Positions 1 to 9,135 of a stretch of DNA of 35,790 nucleotides are shown piece after piece. Within the stretch, counting starts at the first letter, position 1. Every line of letters begins with the position of its first letter. This stretch comes from Armatimonadota bacterium (GTDB lineage Bacteria; Armatimonadota; UBA10988). The stretch covers positions 1 through 35,790 of the forward strand of contig JACRKZ010000131.1 of assembly GCA_016235455.1 (NCBI GenBank), written 5' to 3'. Below the pieces are notes generated by a model. That model did not search any database, was not told the origin of the DNA, and saw only the letters and a list, made by a program, of their open reading frames with translations. Made by a program: the position numbers and the translations under genes.

Positions 1-720
1 CACGACCTCGGCGCTGACCTGCGCGGGTGTGTGCCGGCGGTCCGTGTTCCAGTTCTCGGCTCGCAGCGTGACGCTCTGGCTCACGCGACCGCCGGAGCGG
101 TTGCCAAGCGCCAAAGTGACCAGCGCCACGCGCCGCGCTACGGCGGACCGCACGCGGGCCGATTCCACCCACACCGGTGCGGTGCGCAGCAGCTCGATGC
201 GGCCGATGATGCCGTTCCAGTTGCCCTGCATCCCGCCCAGGTGATGGCCGCCGATGCCCGGCGGGAAGCCCTCGGTGTCGACGCGAATCGTCAGCCGATG
301 CCGGCCGGGACTCAGGTGCTCGCTCAGGTCGTAGGTCTGCGCGGTGCAGACGCCGTCCTGGGCGCCGATGCGCTGGTCGTCGAGCCACAGCGTGGTGCGT
401 TTGGTGCGCTCCAGCGTCAGCGTGACGTGGCTGCCGGCCCAGTCGGCGGGGATGTCGATGTCGCGCTGGTACCAGGCCAGTCGCGGTGAGTGGTGCAGCG
501 GCGTCCAGCCGTTGGCCGCACGGTTGGCGTTCGGCGTGCCCTTGGCGTTGGTCTGGGTGGTGCCCGGCAGGGCGACAGTGTCGGGCAGCGCGCGCTCGAA
601 CCAGCGCTCGCCCAGGCCGTGGTCGTCGGCGTCGATGGCGAACCGCCAGGGGCCGGCCAGCGAAACGACCTCGCGCGTGGCAGGCGCGGTGAGAGCGAGC
701 GACAGGAGAGCGATCATCAT
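1..720 (-). CDS. Glycoside hydrolase family 2-type protein, N-terminal sugar-binding domain (partial; runs off the left edge)
   Basis: Absent from the ORF track because it has no stop in the window. Manual minus-strand translation from ATG at 720 gives MMIALLSLALTAPATREVVSLAGPWRFAIDADDHGLGERWF...LPGT...AWYQRDIDIPADWAGSHVTLTLERTK...WLDD...GNWNGIIGRIEL: a signal peptide plus the typical GH2 N-terminal pattern (SLxGxWxF, WYxR, WNGIIG). Confidence 0.8.
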   Translation of the reverse strand, partial: MMIALLSLALTAPATREVVSLAGPWRFAIDADDHGLGERWFERALPDTVALPGTTQTNAKGTPNANRAANGWTPLHHSPRLAWYQRDIDIPADWAGSHVTLTLERTKRTTLWLDDQRIGAQDGVCTAQTYDLSEHLSPGRHRLTIRVDTEGFPPGIGGHHLGGMQGNWNGIIGRIELLRTAPVWVESARVRSAVARRVALVTLALGNRSGGRVSQSVTLRAENWNTDRRHTPAQVSAEVV

Positions 721-819
721 GCCGTCAGCTTCGGCGTCCGCCGACCGGCTCCTCTGCCGCCGGGCTCGGCAGGATGTGCACCGTGCGCCGCGAACCAGCC
801 TGGCCAGCGGGGTAGGGCG

Positions 820-1266
820 ATGCTGACCTGGCGGCGCGTGGTGATGGGCTTGATGGTGCTGGCGCTCGGCGGTTGCGGAGGGCAGACGGCGACCGCGGTC
901 ACCGACCTGGCGGCCGCGCGCTCGCGCTGGCGGGCGTCGGGGTCGGCCAACTACCACCTCACGCTGGCCACCTACTGCTTCTGCCCCGACCGCGAACGGA
1001 TCGTGGTGACGGTGCGCAACGGCGTGCTGTCGACGGCCAACTGGGAGACCAGCGGCACGCCCGTGCCGGCCGGGCAGCTCTCGCTGGCGCTGACCATCGA
1101 GGGCCTGTTCGCCAAGCTCGAAGATGCGTACCAGCGCCACGCGGCCACGGTGACGGTCACCTACAACGCCGCCGACGGCCACCCCGAGCACATCGCCATC
1201 GACTACGACCTGCAGATGGCGGACGAGGAGATTGGCTACGGTGTGAGTAGCTTCGCGCGGGACTGA
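820..1266 (+). CDS. Small lipoprotein, DUF6174-like (CFC motif)
   Basis: Start moved to ATG 820 within ORF 490..1266. Basic N-terminus, hydrophobic stretch and lipobox LGGC; ARSRW...Y...CFC and TIEGLF...Y...GHP...DEE pattern. Confidence 0.7.
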   Translation: MLTWRRVVMGLMVLALGGCGGQTATAVTDLAAARSRWRASGSANYHLTLATYCFCPDRERIVVTVRNGVLSTANWETSGTPVPAGQLSLALTIEGLFAKLEDAYQRHAATVTVTYNAADGHPEHIAIDYDLQMADEEIGYGVSSFARD

Positions 1267-1293
1267 GCGCTGGTGCTTGGGGCTGCGAAGAAC

Positions 1294-1348
1294 TACAGAT
1301 TGCGCAGATTGCACAGACGGCCAGTCAGGTAATCTGCGTAATCTGTGG
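1294..1348. repeat. Intergenic inverted repeat built from 9-bp subunits (REP-like hairpin)
   Basis: TACAGATTGC GCAGATTGC ACAGAC ... GTAATCTGC GTAATCTGTG; the arms are complementary allowing G:U; lies between convergent genes. Confidence 0.7.
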
Positions 1349-1367
1349 ATCCTCAGGGGCTCGATCC

Positions 1368-2606
1368 TCAGATCGCCCACGGTCCGCGCCGTGGCCGTGA
1401 CAGCCAGCGGCTGGCCTCGGGGTCGCCGAGGATCTCTTCCTTCTCCGGGTCCCAGCGCAACGGCCGGCCGAGCCAGGTGGCGATGTTGCCCAGGTGGCAG
1501 ACGGTGACCGTGCGGTGGGCGACGGCGATGTCGCGGAAGGGCTTCTCTCGGGTTTGCACACAGTGCAGGAAGTCGCCGATGAGGCCGCCGTTGCCCTTGT
1601 AGTTGGGGATGTCCAGGTTGGCCGGCAGCTTGGGCGCGCGGGTGCGCTGGGTGCGCTGGTCTTCGGTGAACTCGCCACCCTCGAACTTGGCGGTGAGGAT
1701 GCCGCCCCAGCCGCCGCCGTGGTAGAAGGTCATGCCGTTGGCGAAGCGATAGGTCAGCCGTTTGGTGTCCCGGCCGTCGGCCGGGATGATCTCCGTCGGC
1801 CCGGTCTCGTGGAGCCCGCTGAGGAACAGCGCGCCGCCGAAGCCGTGGGCGCCCCAGTCGGTCATGCCGCCGCCCGAGTAGTCGCGCCAGGCGCGGAAGT
1901 CGAGCAGCCGGTGGTTGAATGGCACCTTGGGCGCCGGCCCCAGCCACATATCCCAGTCCAGCCCGTCGGGCACGGGCTCGGCCGGCAGGCAGTGGTCGAC
2001 CGACGGTCCGCCGACGTTGACATAGACCTCCTGCAGCGCGCCCATGACGCCACTGCGCTGGATGCGGTGGAGGAAGTTGTAGTCCTCCCAGACGCGCTGG
2101 CTGCCGCCCGAGAAGACGCGGCCGAGCCGGCGCGCCGTCTCGATCATCACCTGGCCCTCATGGACGGTGAGCGTCTCGGGCTTCTCGCAGAAGACGTCCT
2201 TGCCGTGCCGCATGGCGTCGCACGAGATCGTCGCGTGCCAGTGGTCGGGCGTACCGATCATGACCGCGTCGATGTCGTCGCGGCTGGTGATCTCGCGGAA
2301 GTCGTTGACCGCGGCGCAGGCCTGGTTGGCGTAGCGGCGATCGACGATGCCTTTGGCGTTGAGCACATTGGCGCGGACGACGTCGCACACGGCGACCATC
2401 TGCACCTCCCGCCGGCCCAGGAAGTCGCCCATGTCGCCCGTGCCACGACCGCCCATGCCGATGGCGCCCATGACGATGCGGTTGCTCGGCGCGGGCCGCT
2501 CGTCCTTGCCCAGCGCGCTGGCCGGCACGAACAGCGGCGCCACCCCGGCGGCCAGAGCGCTCTTGAGGAAGCCACGACGGGACGGGTTGCTGTCTGCGAC
2601 GCGCAT
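1368..2606 (-). CDS. Gfo/Idh/MocA family oxidoreductase with Tat signal peptide
   Basis: ATG 2606 preceded by GGAG. SRRGFLK twin-arginine motif, Rossmann IGMGGRG, GTPDHWH, CEKP, WDMWLGPAP, DWGAH. Confidence 0.92.
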   Translation of the reverse strand: MRVADSNPSRRGFLKSALAAGVAPLFVPASALGKDERPAPSNRIVMGAIGMGGRGTGDMGDFLGRREVQMVAVCDVVRANVLNAKGIVDRRYANQACAAVNDFREITSRDDIDAVMIGTPDHWHATISCDAMRHGKDVFCEKPETLTVHEGQVMIETARRLGRVFSGGSQRVWEDYNFLHRIQRSGVMGALQEVYVNVGGPSVDHCLPAEPVPDGLDWDMWLGPAPKVPFNHRLLDFRAWRDYSGGGMTDWGAHGFGGALFLSGLHETGPTEIIPADGRDTKRLTYRFANGMTFYHGGGWGGILTAKFEGGEFTEDQRTQRTRAPKLPANLDIPNYKGNGGLIGDFLHCVQTREKPFRDIAVAHRTVTVCHLGNIATWLGRPLRWDPEKEEILGDPEASRWLSRPRRGPWAI

Positions 2607-2661
2607 CGGAATCTCCGGCTGTATGCTCCGAGGTTCGGCGCGGTGCGCGAGAGTCCTTCGC

Positions 2662-3879
2662 TCAGTAGACGGGTTCCACCCAGGCCGTGAGCGCTGGGAA
2701 CAGCTGCTCGAACACGGCGGCCTCGCCGCGGGCCACGTAGGCATCAAGATAGAACTCGCGGATCTTGGGCAGCGTGCGATAGCCCAGCGCCAGCGGTGCC
2801 AACAGCGGCGGCGGGAGGTGCAGGTGGTGGTCGGGCTCGCCGACGGGCGGCCCGACTCTCGTGACGCGACCGTCGACCAGCTCAATCGCCACGGTCGGGC
2901 CGTACAGGCCGAGATGCACCACCGCCGTCAGGCCGGCCGCTCGTCGCTCCAATTCCGGCGCCAGCGCCGAGAGCAAGGCGACGGGATCGGCGACGCGCAC
3001 CTGCCAGGCATAGCAACTCTCGCAGCGCGCGCCGAGCGCATTGGCCGTGAGCACCAAGGGGTGGCTGGCCGGCAGATCCAGGCGCAAGTGGGGTTTGCCG
3101 CGCGCTATCGCGAGCCGCCGCGCATGGGCCAGAACGGCCAGGTCGGCGCCCTCGGGCAGGTGAGAAGCCTGCCCCAGAATGAGCCCCTGGCCGAACCCGT
3201 GGAAGAAGACGCGGGCATAGCCCAGGGTCTCATCGCCTCGGTCCACCAGCCAGGTCTCGGCCTCGTAGCCGCTACCTTGGCTGTCGGCCAGTTGGTAGCG
3301 CCAGATGGCCTCGTCGCGCGTGGAGGCCAGGTCGAGCTCGGCACTGACCTCGTTGCGCCAGCAGTTGAGTCGCTCCGCGTCGCGCGGTTCGGCCAGCCGG
3401 AAGGTGAACCCGTCGGAGTCCGCGGGCGCCTGGTCGAGATCGAGCAGGTGATGGGCGTCCAGCGGCACGGAGTACTCGTAGCCGTAGCGCCGGTAGAAGT
3501 ACGGGATGCCGGCGATGAGCGTCAGCAGGGCGCCGCGGCGAGCCAGGTCGGCATGGCAGGCGGCCATCATGGCGCTGGCCAGGCCCTTGCCGCGCCACGG
3601 CTCAAGCGTGCCCACCAAGCCCACTTCACAGTACGGGACGATGGTCTGGCCGAGACGCAGGTGGCCGGGGATGAGGCATTGCGAACTCACCACTTGGCCC
3701 GCGGGCGTGACGCCGACCCAGAAGTCGGAGGGGCTCATGTGGGGGTGGACGGTCATCAGCTGGCGAGCCAGCTCACCCACGGTGGCGTCGTGCACCGTGG
3801 TGTTGAGCGCCACGATGCCCTCGATCTCCGCCGCCGTGGCCGGGCGCACGGTCAGGTTGTCGGGTAACGTCTTGGTCAT
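2662..3879 (-). CDS. GNAT family N-acetyltransferase, Eis-like multi-domain
   Basis: VGLVGTLEPWRGKGLASAMM (acetyl-CoA motif R/QxxGxA) and GIPYFYRRYGY; second degenerate GNAT domain and an SCP2-like tail; 405 aa. Confidence 0.85.
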   Translation of the reverse strand: MTKTLPDNLTVRPATAAEIEGIVALNTTVHDATVGELARQLMTVHPHMSPSDFWVGVTPAGQVVSSQCLIPGHLRLGQTIVPYCEVGLVGTLEPWRGKGLASAMMAACHADLARRGALLTLIAGIPYFYRRYGYEYSVPLDAHHLLDLDQAPADSDGFTFRLAEPRDAERLNCWRNEVSAELDLASTRDEAIWRYQLADSQGSGYEAETWLVDRGDETLGYARVFFHGFGQGLILGQASHLPEGADLAVLAHARRLAIARGKPHLRLDLPASHPLVLTANALGARCESCYAWQVRVADPVALLSALAPELERRAAGLTAVVHLGLYGPTVAIELVDGRVTRVGPPVGEPDHHLHLPPPLLAPLALGYRTLPKIREFYLDAYVARGEAAVFEQLFPALTAWVEPVY

Positions 3880-3944
3880 GGTGCTTACTTGTCGCCTGAG
3901 CGGCGCACCATGCTAAGCACGGGACACCTGGCGCGAACCGCGCG

Positions 3945-3973
3945 TTGACGCAGACGGGCAGCGGCACTAGACT
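3945..3973 (+). promoter_or_regulatory. Putative sigma70-type promoter for the HD-GYP gene
   Basis: TTGACG-N17-TAGACT in a divergent intergenic region. Confidence 0.55.
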
Positions 3974-4068
3974 CGGACTCCACACAGGGTGGCGCTGAGG
4001 CCGGCGGCAGGGATGCGGTTTGGCCAGAATCGGCCATGGCGGGCTAGCCGCGAGGGCCGATTGGAGCA

Positions 4069-5367
4069 ATGGCGGATTCTCTCATCATGAGCACAGCACA
4101 GACGTTGTTGCGACAAATGGCGGGTCTCGGTCCGGAGCCTGAGGCGCTCGCTCGCGAGTTGGCGGCCTGCTACGAGAGCCAACTCGAGCAGATGACCAGC
4201 CATCTGGGCCAGATGTATGAGGAACTGATGCTGCTCTACGGCGTCGGCGACGACGTGGCCGCCACGCTGCACCCCGATACCATCGCCGACCAGGCCCTTG
4301 ATCGCATCGTCGACCTGATGGATGCGGAACTGGGCTTCGTGGTCCACGTGACCGAGCCCGACCAGCCGCTCGAGATTGTCGGGTCGGCGGTTCTTCCGGC
4401 CGGCGCGGCGGTGCTGACCCACTGGGCAACCTGGCAGGCGGTCAAGCGCGACCGCGCGCTCATCCTCAATGGCGACCTGCTGGTCGAAGCGCCGCCCAGC
4501 AACGGTGTGACCAGCCTGCTCTCGTGCCCCTTGCGCGCGCGCGGCAGTGTCATTGGCGCGCTGCACCTGCTTAACAAGACGGTGCCCGGCGGCTTCACCA
4601 CCGTCGACCAGAGTCTGCTCCAGGCGGTGGCCACGCAACTCGGCACGGCCATCGAGAACGCCCGCTTGTTCGAAGCCGAGCAGGACCACGCGCGGCGCGT
4701 CACCGCCGCCCTCGACGAACTGCAGAGCACCTACGACGAAACACTCAAGGCCCTGTCCAGCGCCCTCGACCTGCGGGACAACGAGACCGAGGGCCATGCG
4801 CAGCGGGTGACCCGCTATGCCGCCCGGATCGCCGAGGCGATGGGCTACTCCGGCGCGCTACTGGTCGAGATTGAGCGCGGCGCGCTGCTGCACGATATGG
4901 GCAAGATCGGCATTCCCGACGGCATTCTGCTCAAGCCCGGCCGGCTGACCGAGGACGAGTGGGTGATCATGCGCACCCACGCCGAGCTCGGCTACACGAT
5001 GCTCCGCAACATCGGCTTCCTCGAGCGCTCCGCCCCGATCGTGCGGCACCACCATGAGCGGTTCGACGGCACGGGCTACCCCAGCGCGCTGGCCGCCGAG
5101 CAGATCCCCATCGGCGCGCGCATCTTCGCCGTGGCGGACACGTTCGACGCCATGACCTCCGACCGGCCGTACCGCAAGGCGCTGGGCTACGAAGAGAGCT
5201 GCGAGGAGATCCTCCGCTGCGCGGGCTCGCAGTTCGATCCGGCGGTGGTCGAGGCCTTCCAGCATGTGTCGCCCGACGCGTGGTCGATCATCCGCGCGGT
5301 GGTTGAGCGCGAGATTGAAGCCAAGCGGGCAGCAGCGGCGGCGGCCGACCGTGCCGAAAACCTCTAG
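4069..5367 (+). CDS. GAF + HD-GYP cyclic-di-nucleotide phosphodiesterase
   Basis: GAF segment (SLLSCPLRARGSVIGALHLLNK...FT), then ETEGHAQRV, LLHDMGKIG, HHHERFDGTGYP, VADTFDAMTSDRPYRK. The start may be 4087. Confidence 0.93.
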   Translation: MADSLIMSTAQTLLRQMAGLGPEPEALARELAACYESQLEQMTSHLGQMYEELMLLYGVGDDVAATLHPDTIADQALDRIVDLMDAELGFVVHVTEPDQPLEIVGSAVLPAGAAVLTHWATWQAVKRDRALILNGDLLVEAPPSNGVTSLLSCPLRARGSVIGALHLLNKTVPGGFTTVDQSLLQAVATQLGTAIENARLFEAEQDHARRVTAALDELQSTYDETLKALSSALDLRDNETEGHAQRVTRYAARIAEAMGYSGALLVEIERGALLHDMGKIGIPDGILLKPGRLTEDEWVIMRTHAELGYTMLRNIGFLERSAPIVRHHHERFDGTGYPSALAAEQIPIGARIFAVADTFDAMTSDRPYRKALGYEESCEEILRCAGSQFDPAVVEAFQHVSPDAWSIIRAVVEREIEAKRAAAAAADRAENL

Positions 5368-8300
5368 GGCAAGCCTGGTAGCCGCGGCAGACCCGGTAGG
5401 CCCGGCACGCCCGGCACGCTGGGCAGACCGGGGAACAGGTCTGTGACGTTGGGTACATGCAGCCCTGCCAGCGCCTGGCTGACATACCCGTTGATCGAGG
5501 GCAGCGACGGCATGGGCCAGTTGGCGTGGCCCAGCAAGTTGGCCAGGTCGGGCTGTGCCAGCAGGTCGCGGAGCGCTGGCAGGTTGGGTAGCTGCACCGA
5601 CGGCAGCAGCGCCGGGGCGTACAACACGTCTGGTACATCGGTGCCGACCAACGGCGGTCTGGCCCGCTCTTCACCGACCACGAAATGCTCCACCCACAGG
5701 TTGTCCGCGGCGTAGGCGTCGGGCTCCGCGCTGAGGGCCGCGACGAACAGCTGGGGTGTCTGAGGCGCACGGCCGACCACGCGCAGGACGACCGCGCGGG
5801 TCTCGCCTGGCGCCAGCGCGCCCACCGCCACCTCGCCCAGCCGGCTGGTGTCGTTACGGCTCAGCGCGTCGCGGGGGTCGGTATCGTAGGCCACGAGGCG
5901 GACCCGGCTGGCGGGCTTGGCGCCGAGGTTGGCCACGCTGAGCGGCAGGGACAGCACGCGACCGGCAGCCAGCGTCTGGGGCAGGTCCCTCACGCCGTTG
6001 GCCGATAGGGCTAGGTCCACCTGGTCGTGGTTGGTACCGACCCCGGCGCGGTCAGCGAGTTGGTCGGCCTGCCCCTGCGACGTGGCGGCGACGGCGATCT
6101 GCGTGAAGCGGCGGCGCACAATGAGCCGCGTGTCCGTGGCCAGCAGGTAGTGGGCACCGCTGCACCCGACGGCCTGGATGTGAATCCTGGCGCTGGGCAG
6201 GCGCGAGGGCGCGGTGGGGATCAGCTCGCGCGGCACCTCGAAGAGGTAGGTGCCATCGGGCACAACATTGGCCAGGCGGCCGACCTCGCGGTCATTGACC
6301 GAGAAGACGAGGGTGAATGGCTTGTAGCTGCCGCGCGGCCACTGGAGCTGGAAGGTGGCCGCCAGCCAGGCTCGCTCGACGCTGTTCTCGAGCGAGGGCA
6401 GCGCGGCTCGCGGGCCCCAGCTCGCGCCGCCATCGGTGCTGCGGATCTCGTACTTGAGGTCGGCCACGCCCTCGGAGTCGCCATGCCAGGTGACCCACAG
6501 CAAGTCGTCGTCGTAGCCGACCAGTGGGTACTCGGAGTAGACGGAATCGTTGGACAAGACGCGTGGCGCCGACCACGCGCCGCCCGCGCGGGCGCTGGCG
6601 AAGCACGCCTCGCTGGCCGCGCCGTCGGCCTCGCGCCACACCGCCGCCAAGTCGCCCCGCGCGTTGGCCGCCACTTGCGGCTCGCCACAAACAGCACCAG
6701 GCCGGCTGAGCACTGTGGCGGCGCCGACCGGCTCGCCCTTGGCGCTGAGTGCGACGGTCATGATGCGTCGCTCCGCGCCGCGCACCGACACCCAGACCAG
6801 TTGCAGGCCGCCAGGGGTGAAGGAGAATTGAGGCCAGGCCTGGGTCTCGCCAGGCTCACGTGGGAGCGGCAGCTCCGGCCCGAAGGTGCGGCCATCGTCC
6901 TGGCTCAGCCGCAGGTACACCTGCCCGCCGGCGCGCAGATCACACCACGCCACGCCGACTGTCTGCTCGCCGCTCACTTGGACCACCGGGTCGTCGACGC
7001 CCTTGCCGTGGTCAGTCAGGTACTGCGTCTTGCGCCAGGCGTTCATGTCGCGCCCGCTGGCCTTGAAGGCCACATCGCCGGCCCGGCCGGGCGCGCGGTC
7101 CTCCCACGTCAGATAGGCCTGGTCCGTGGCGCGGCGCACACGCAGGTACGGCCAGAGCGCCTCGTGTCCCGGCGCCGAGGCGCGCAGCACGCCCATCCTC
7201 CGGCTGGCCTGCGCGCCATGCGACAGTGCGGCGAAGTGGACCGCCACGCGGCCGTCCTGTTCAGGCTCGTACCAGGCCAGACCTAGCCATCGGTTGCCGT
7301 CCGCGGCCATGGGGTGGTCGCTGGCGTCGCGCTCCAGGCCGCCCAGTCGGGCCGCCACGGTCGGCCGAATGGTCATACCGCGCACATCGGCGGCCCGCGT
7401 GGGCTCATGGTTGCCCGCGCCGGGGAACCCGGTGGTGTCCAGCACCCACTGCCAGCCGCGGTTGAGGATGAGTGTCTCCCACTCCTGCCAGGTGCGCTTC
7501 ACGTCGGGTGCGACGGCATCCTCGTCGAGGCACTTGAACATCATCTTGCCGTCGACGGAGCCCCAGTCGAGCAGGATGTCGCCCTGGTTGACGCAGGCCT
7601 CGAAGCTGTCGCTCATGTACTGCGCGCTGTGGCTGGTGCCCAGGTACATGCGCTTGCCCTCGGGCAGTTCAAAATGCAGCGGCCATTCGTAGGCATGCTC
7701 CACGCCCAGGTAGCCGCGCAGCTTGACATCGAAGGCGCGCGCGTCGATGCCCATGCGTGGCACGACCTGGAAGGTGAAGGAGCCGTGCGCCGGCAGCACG
7801 GCGCCGTGGATGGCGTTGCTGCCCATGCCGGGCAGCAGCTGGACGCGCCCGTCATCGGGATCAGGCCGCAGGCGGAGGCCGTTGACCGCGCTGTCGGATG
7901 GGTTGCTGACGCGGCAGGTGTAGGCCAGTGTCAGCGGGTCCTGGCTGACCACTTGGAAAGCCACCTGGCCAACCTGAGCGCCGAACTCGACGCGCACCGT
8001 GGCCTTGTCGACGGGGGCGCCCTCGATGGGGGGCACGGAGCCGGCGGCAGCCGAGTAAAGGCCGAGCACCAGATCTCCGGCAGTGACCTGTCGCGGCGCG
8101 TTGAGCACCAGGCGCACATACTTGTACTGACCGGGTGCCAGCGTGCATGGCTCGCCTGGCGCGCCGAGCCCGAGCACCGCGCCATCGATGCCCGGCGGCT
8201 CGGTGATCGGTCTGATGATGAAGGAGCGTGGTTGGGCGCCGCGGTTGAACACGGCGACGGTGTCGCGGCGGCCATAGCCGGCAGAGATCGAGGTCGACCA

Positions 8301-8981
8301 CTGGGCACGCTCGAAGGCGGCGTCTGCCGGCGCATCGGCGCGCTGCGTGGGTGGGGTGGTGGCGACGGCGCTGAGGCGTGGCAGCGCGGCCGCGATGTCC
8401 TTGGCCAGCGCGGCCCGCAGGGCGGTCACCACCGCGCCCATGGGGCTGGTGTCGAGGTCGCGCGTCCCGACGCCCTCGCGCAGCAGGCGCTCACAAGCCG
8501 GGCCCTTGGCGCCGCGCGCCTCGCGCTTCTGCGCCTGGTCCAGGTTGGCCACGGCGGCGCTGGTGGCCACGTCGAGCAGGCCGCCGCGCAGCCGCAGGCT
8601 GGCGCGCCGCGTGGTCACATTGCCCACGAGCGGCAGCCGCGTCGTCTTGTCGGCAAAGTCGAGTTCGGCCACCGTCAGCACGAGCACGCCGCCGCAACCC
8701 GCTTGGCGACCCAACTCGATCAGCGTTTCGAACGTCGGTCGGTCGTCGGGGCGCAGCGCGGTAGGCCAGGCGAGGGCGCGCACCTGGCCCACCTGGGCCA
8801 GCTCGAGGTCCCCGCGCAGGGCCTCGGTCAGCGAGTTGATGAATGCCGCCTCGGCGGCGCTGGCGCCCACGCCCGGCTGCGGCCGCAGGGGCAGCATGCC
8901 CAGGCAGGTGCGCGGCTGCGCAACCGTTCCGCCAGACGAGAGGGTCAGCGCGGCCAGCAGAAGCAACAGCATCGAGCGCAT
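5364..8981 (-). CDS. Large secreted multidomain protein (CsgG/TolB_N-like N-terminus, Ig-like domains, BNR/sialidase-like propeller, CARDB-like domain, Pro-rich tail)
   Basis: ATG 8981 with GAGGAG RBS and signal peptide MRSMLLLLLAALTLSSGGTVAQ. Asp-boxes SQDDGRTF and STDGGASW; CARDB-like VANLGAKPASRVRLVAY...VGALAPGETRAV...DN; tail of xPG/xPS triplets. Confidence 0.75.
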   Translation of the reverse strand: MRSMLLLLLAALTLSSGGTVAQPRTCLGMLPLRPQPGVGASAAEAAFINSLTEALRGDLELAQVGQVRALAWPTALRPDDRPTFETLIELGRQAGCGGVLVLTVAELDFADKTTRLPLVGNVTTRRASLRLRGGLLDVATSAAVANLDQAQKREARGAKGPACERLLREGVGTRDLDTSPMGAVVTALRAALAKDIAAALPRLSAVATTPPTQRADAPADAAFERAQWSTSISAGYGRRDTVAVFNRGAQPRSFIIRPITEPPGIDGAVLGLGAPGEPCTLAPGQYKYVRLVLNAPRQVTAGDLVLGLYSAAAGSVPPIEGAPVDKATVRVEFGAQVGQVAFQVVSQDPLTLAYTCRVSNPSDSAVNGLRLRPDPDDGRVQLLPGMGSNAIHGAVLPAHGSFTFQVVPRMGIDARAFDVKLRGYLGVEHAYEWPLHFELPEGKRMYLGTSHSAQYMSDSFEACVNQGDILLDWGSVDGKMMFKCLDEDAVAPDVKRTWQEWETLILNRGWQWVLDTTGFPGAGNHEPTRAADVRGMTIRPTVAARLGGLERDASDHPMAADGNRWLGLAWYEPEQDGRVAVHFAALSHGAQASRRMGVLRASAPGHEALWPYLRVRRATDQAYLTWEDRAPGRAGDVAFKASGRDMNAWRKTQYLTDHGKGVDDPVVQVSGEQTVGVAWCDLRAGGQVYLRLSQDDGRTFGPELPLPREPGETQAWPQFSFTPGGLQLVWVSVRGAERRIMTVALSAKGEPVGAATVLSRPGAVCGEPQVAANARGDLAAVWREADGAASEACFASARAGGAWSAPRVLSNDSVYSEYPLVGYDDDLLWVTWHGDSEGVADLKYEIRSTDGGASWGPRAALPSLENSVERAWLAATFQLQWPRGSYKPFTLVFSVNDREVGRLANVVPDGTYLFEVPRELIPTAPSRLPSARIHIQAVGCSGAHYLLATDTRLIVRRRFTQIAVAATSQGQADQLADRAGVGTNHDQVDLALSANGVRDLPQTLAAGRVLSLPLSVANLGAKPASRVRLVAYDTDPRDALSRNDTSRLGEVAVGALAPGETRAVVLRVVGRAPQTPQLFVAALSAEPDAYAADNLWVEHFVVGEERARPPLVGTDVPDVLYAPALLPSVQLPNLPALRDLLAQPDLANLLGHANWPMPSLPSINGYVSQALAGLHVPNVTDLFPGLPSVPGVPGLPGLPRLPGLP

Positions 8982-9021
8982 CGCATCGCTCCTCACGGGC
9001 ACAGGCACATTACCTGCGGCA

Positions 9022-9050
9022 AGGCTAGTGCGCGCAATCCCCAGCGTCAA
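9022..9050 (-). promoter_or_regulatory. Putative sigma70-type promoter for the large secreted protein
   Basis: Minus strand TTGACG-N17-TAGCCT, about 40 nt upstream of ATG 8981. Confidence 0.5.
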
Positions 9051-9087
9051 GTCACATCACGCGTGTGCGCGTGGTCCGTCGTCGGTC

Positions 9088-9116
9088 TTGGCGTTGTGCC
9101 CAAGGTGTCGTAGACT
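9088..9116 (+). promoter_or_regulatory. Putative sigma70-type promoter for HAD-uxaC
   Basis: TTGGCG-N17-TAGACT, 19 nt upstream of ATG 9136. Confidence 0.4.
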
Positions 9117-9135
9117 GCGCACCCAACGGTGATGT

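Noticed and set aside
2347-3867. 506-aa plus-strand ORF and other long overlapping ORFs (1494..2690, 6027..7286, 7314..9113)
   Set aside because: They fully overlap well-supported minus-strand genes, and stop-poor frames are expected at high GC.
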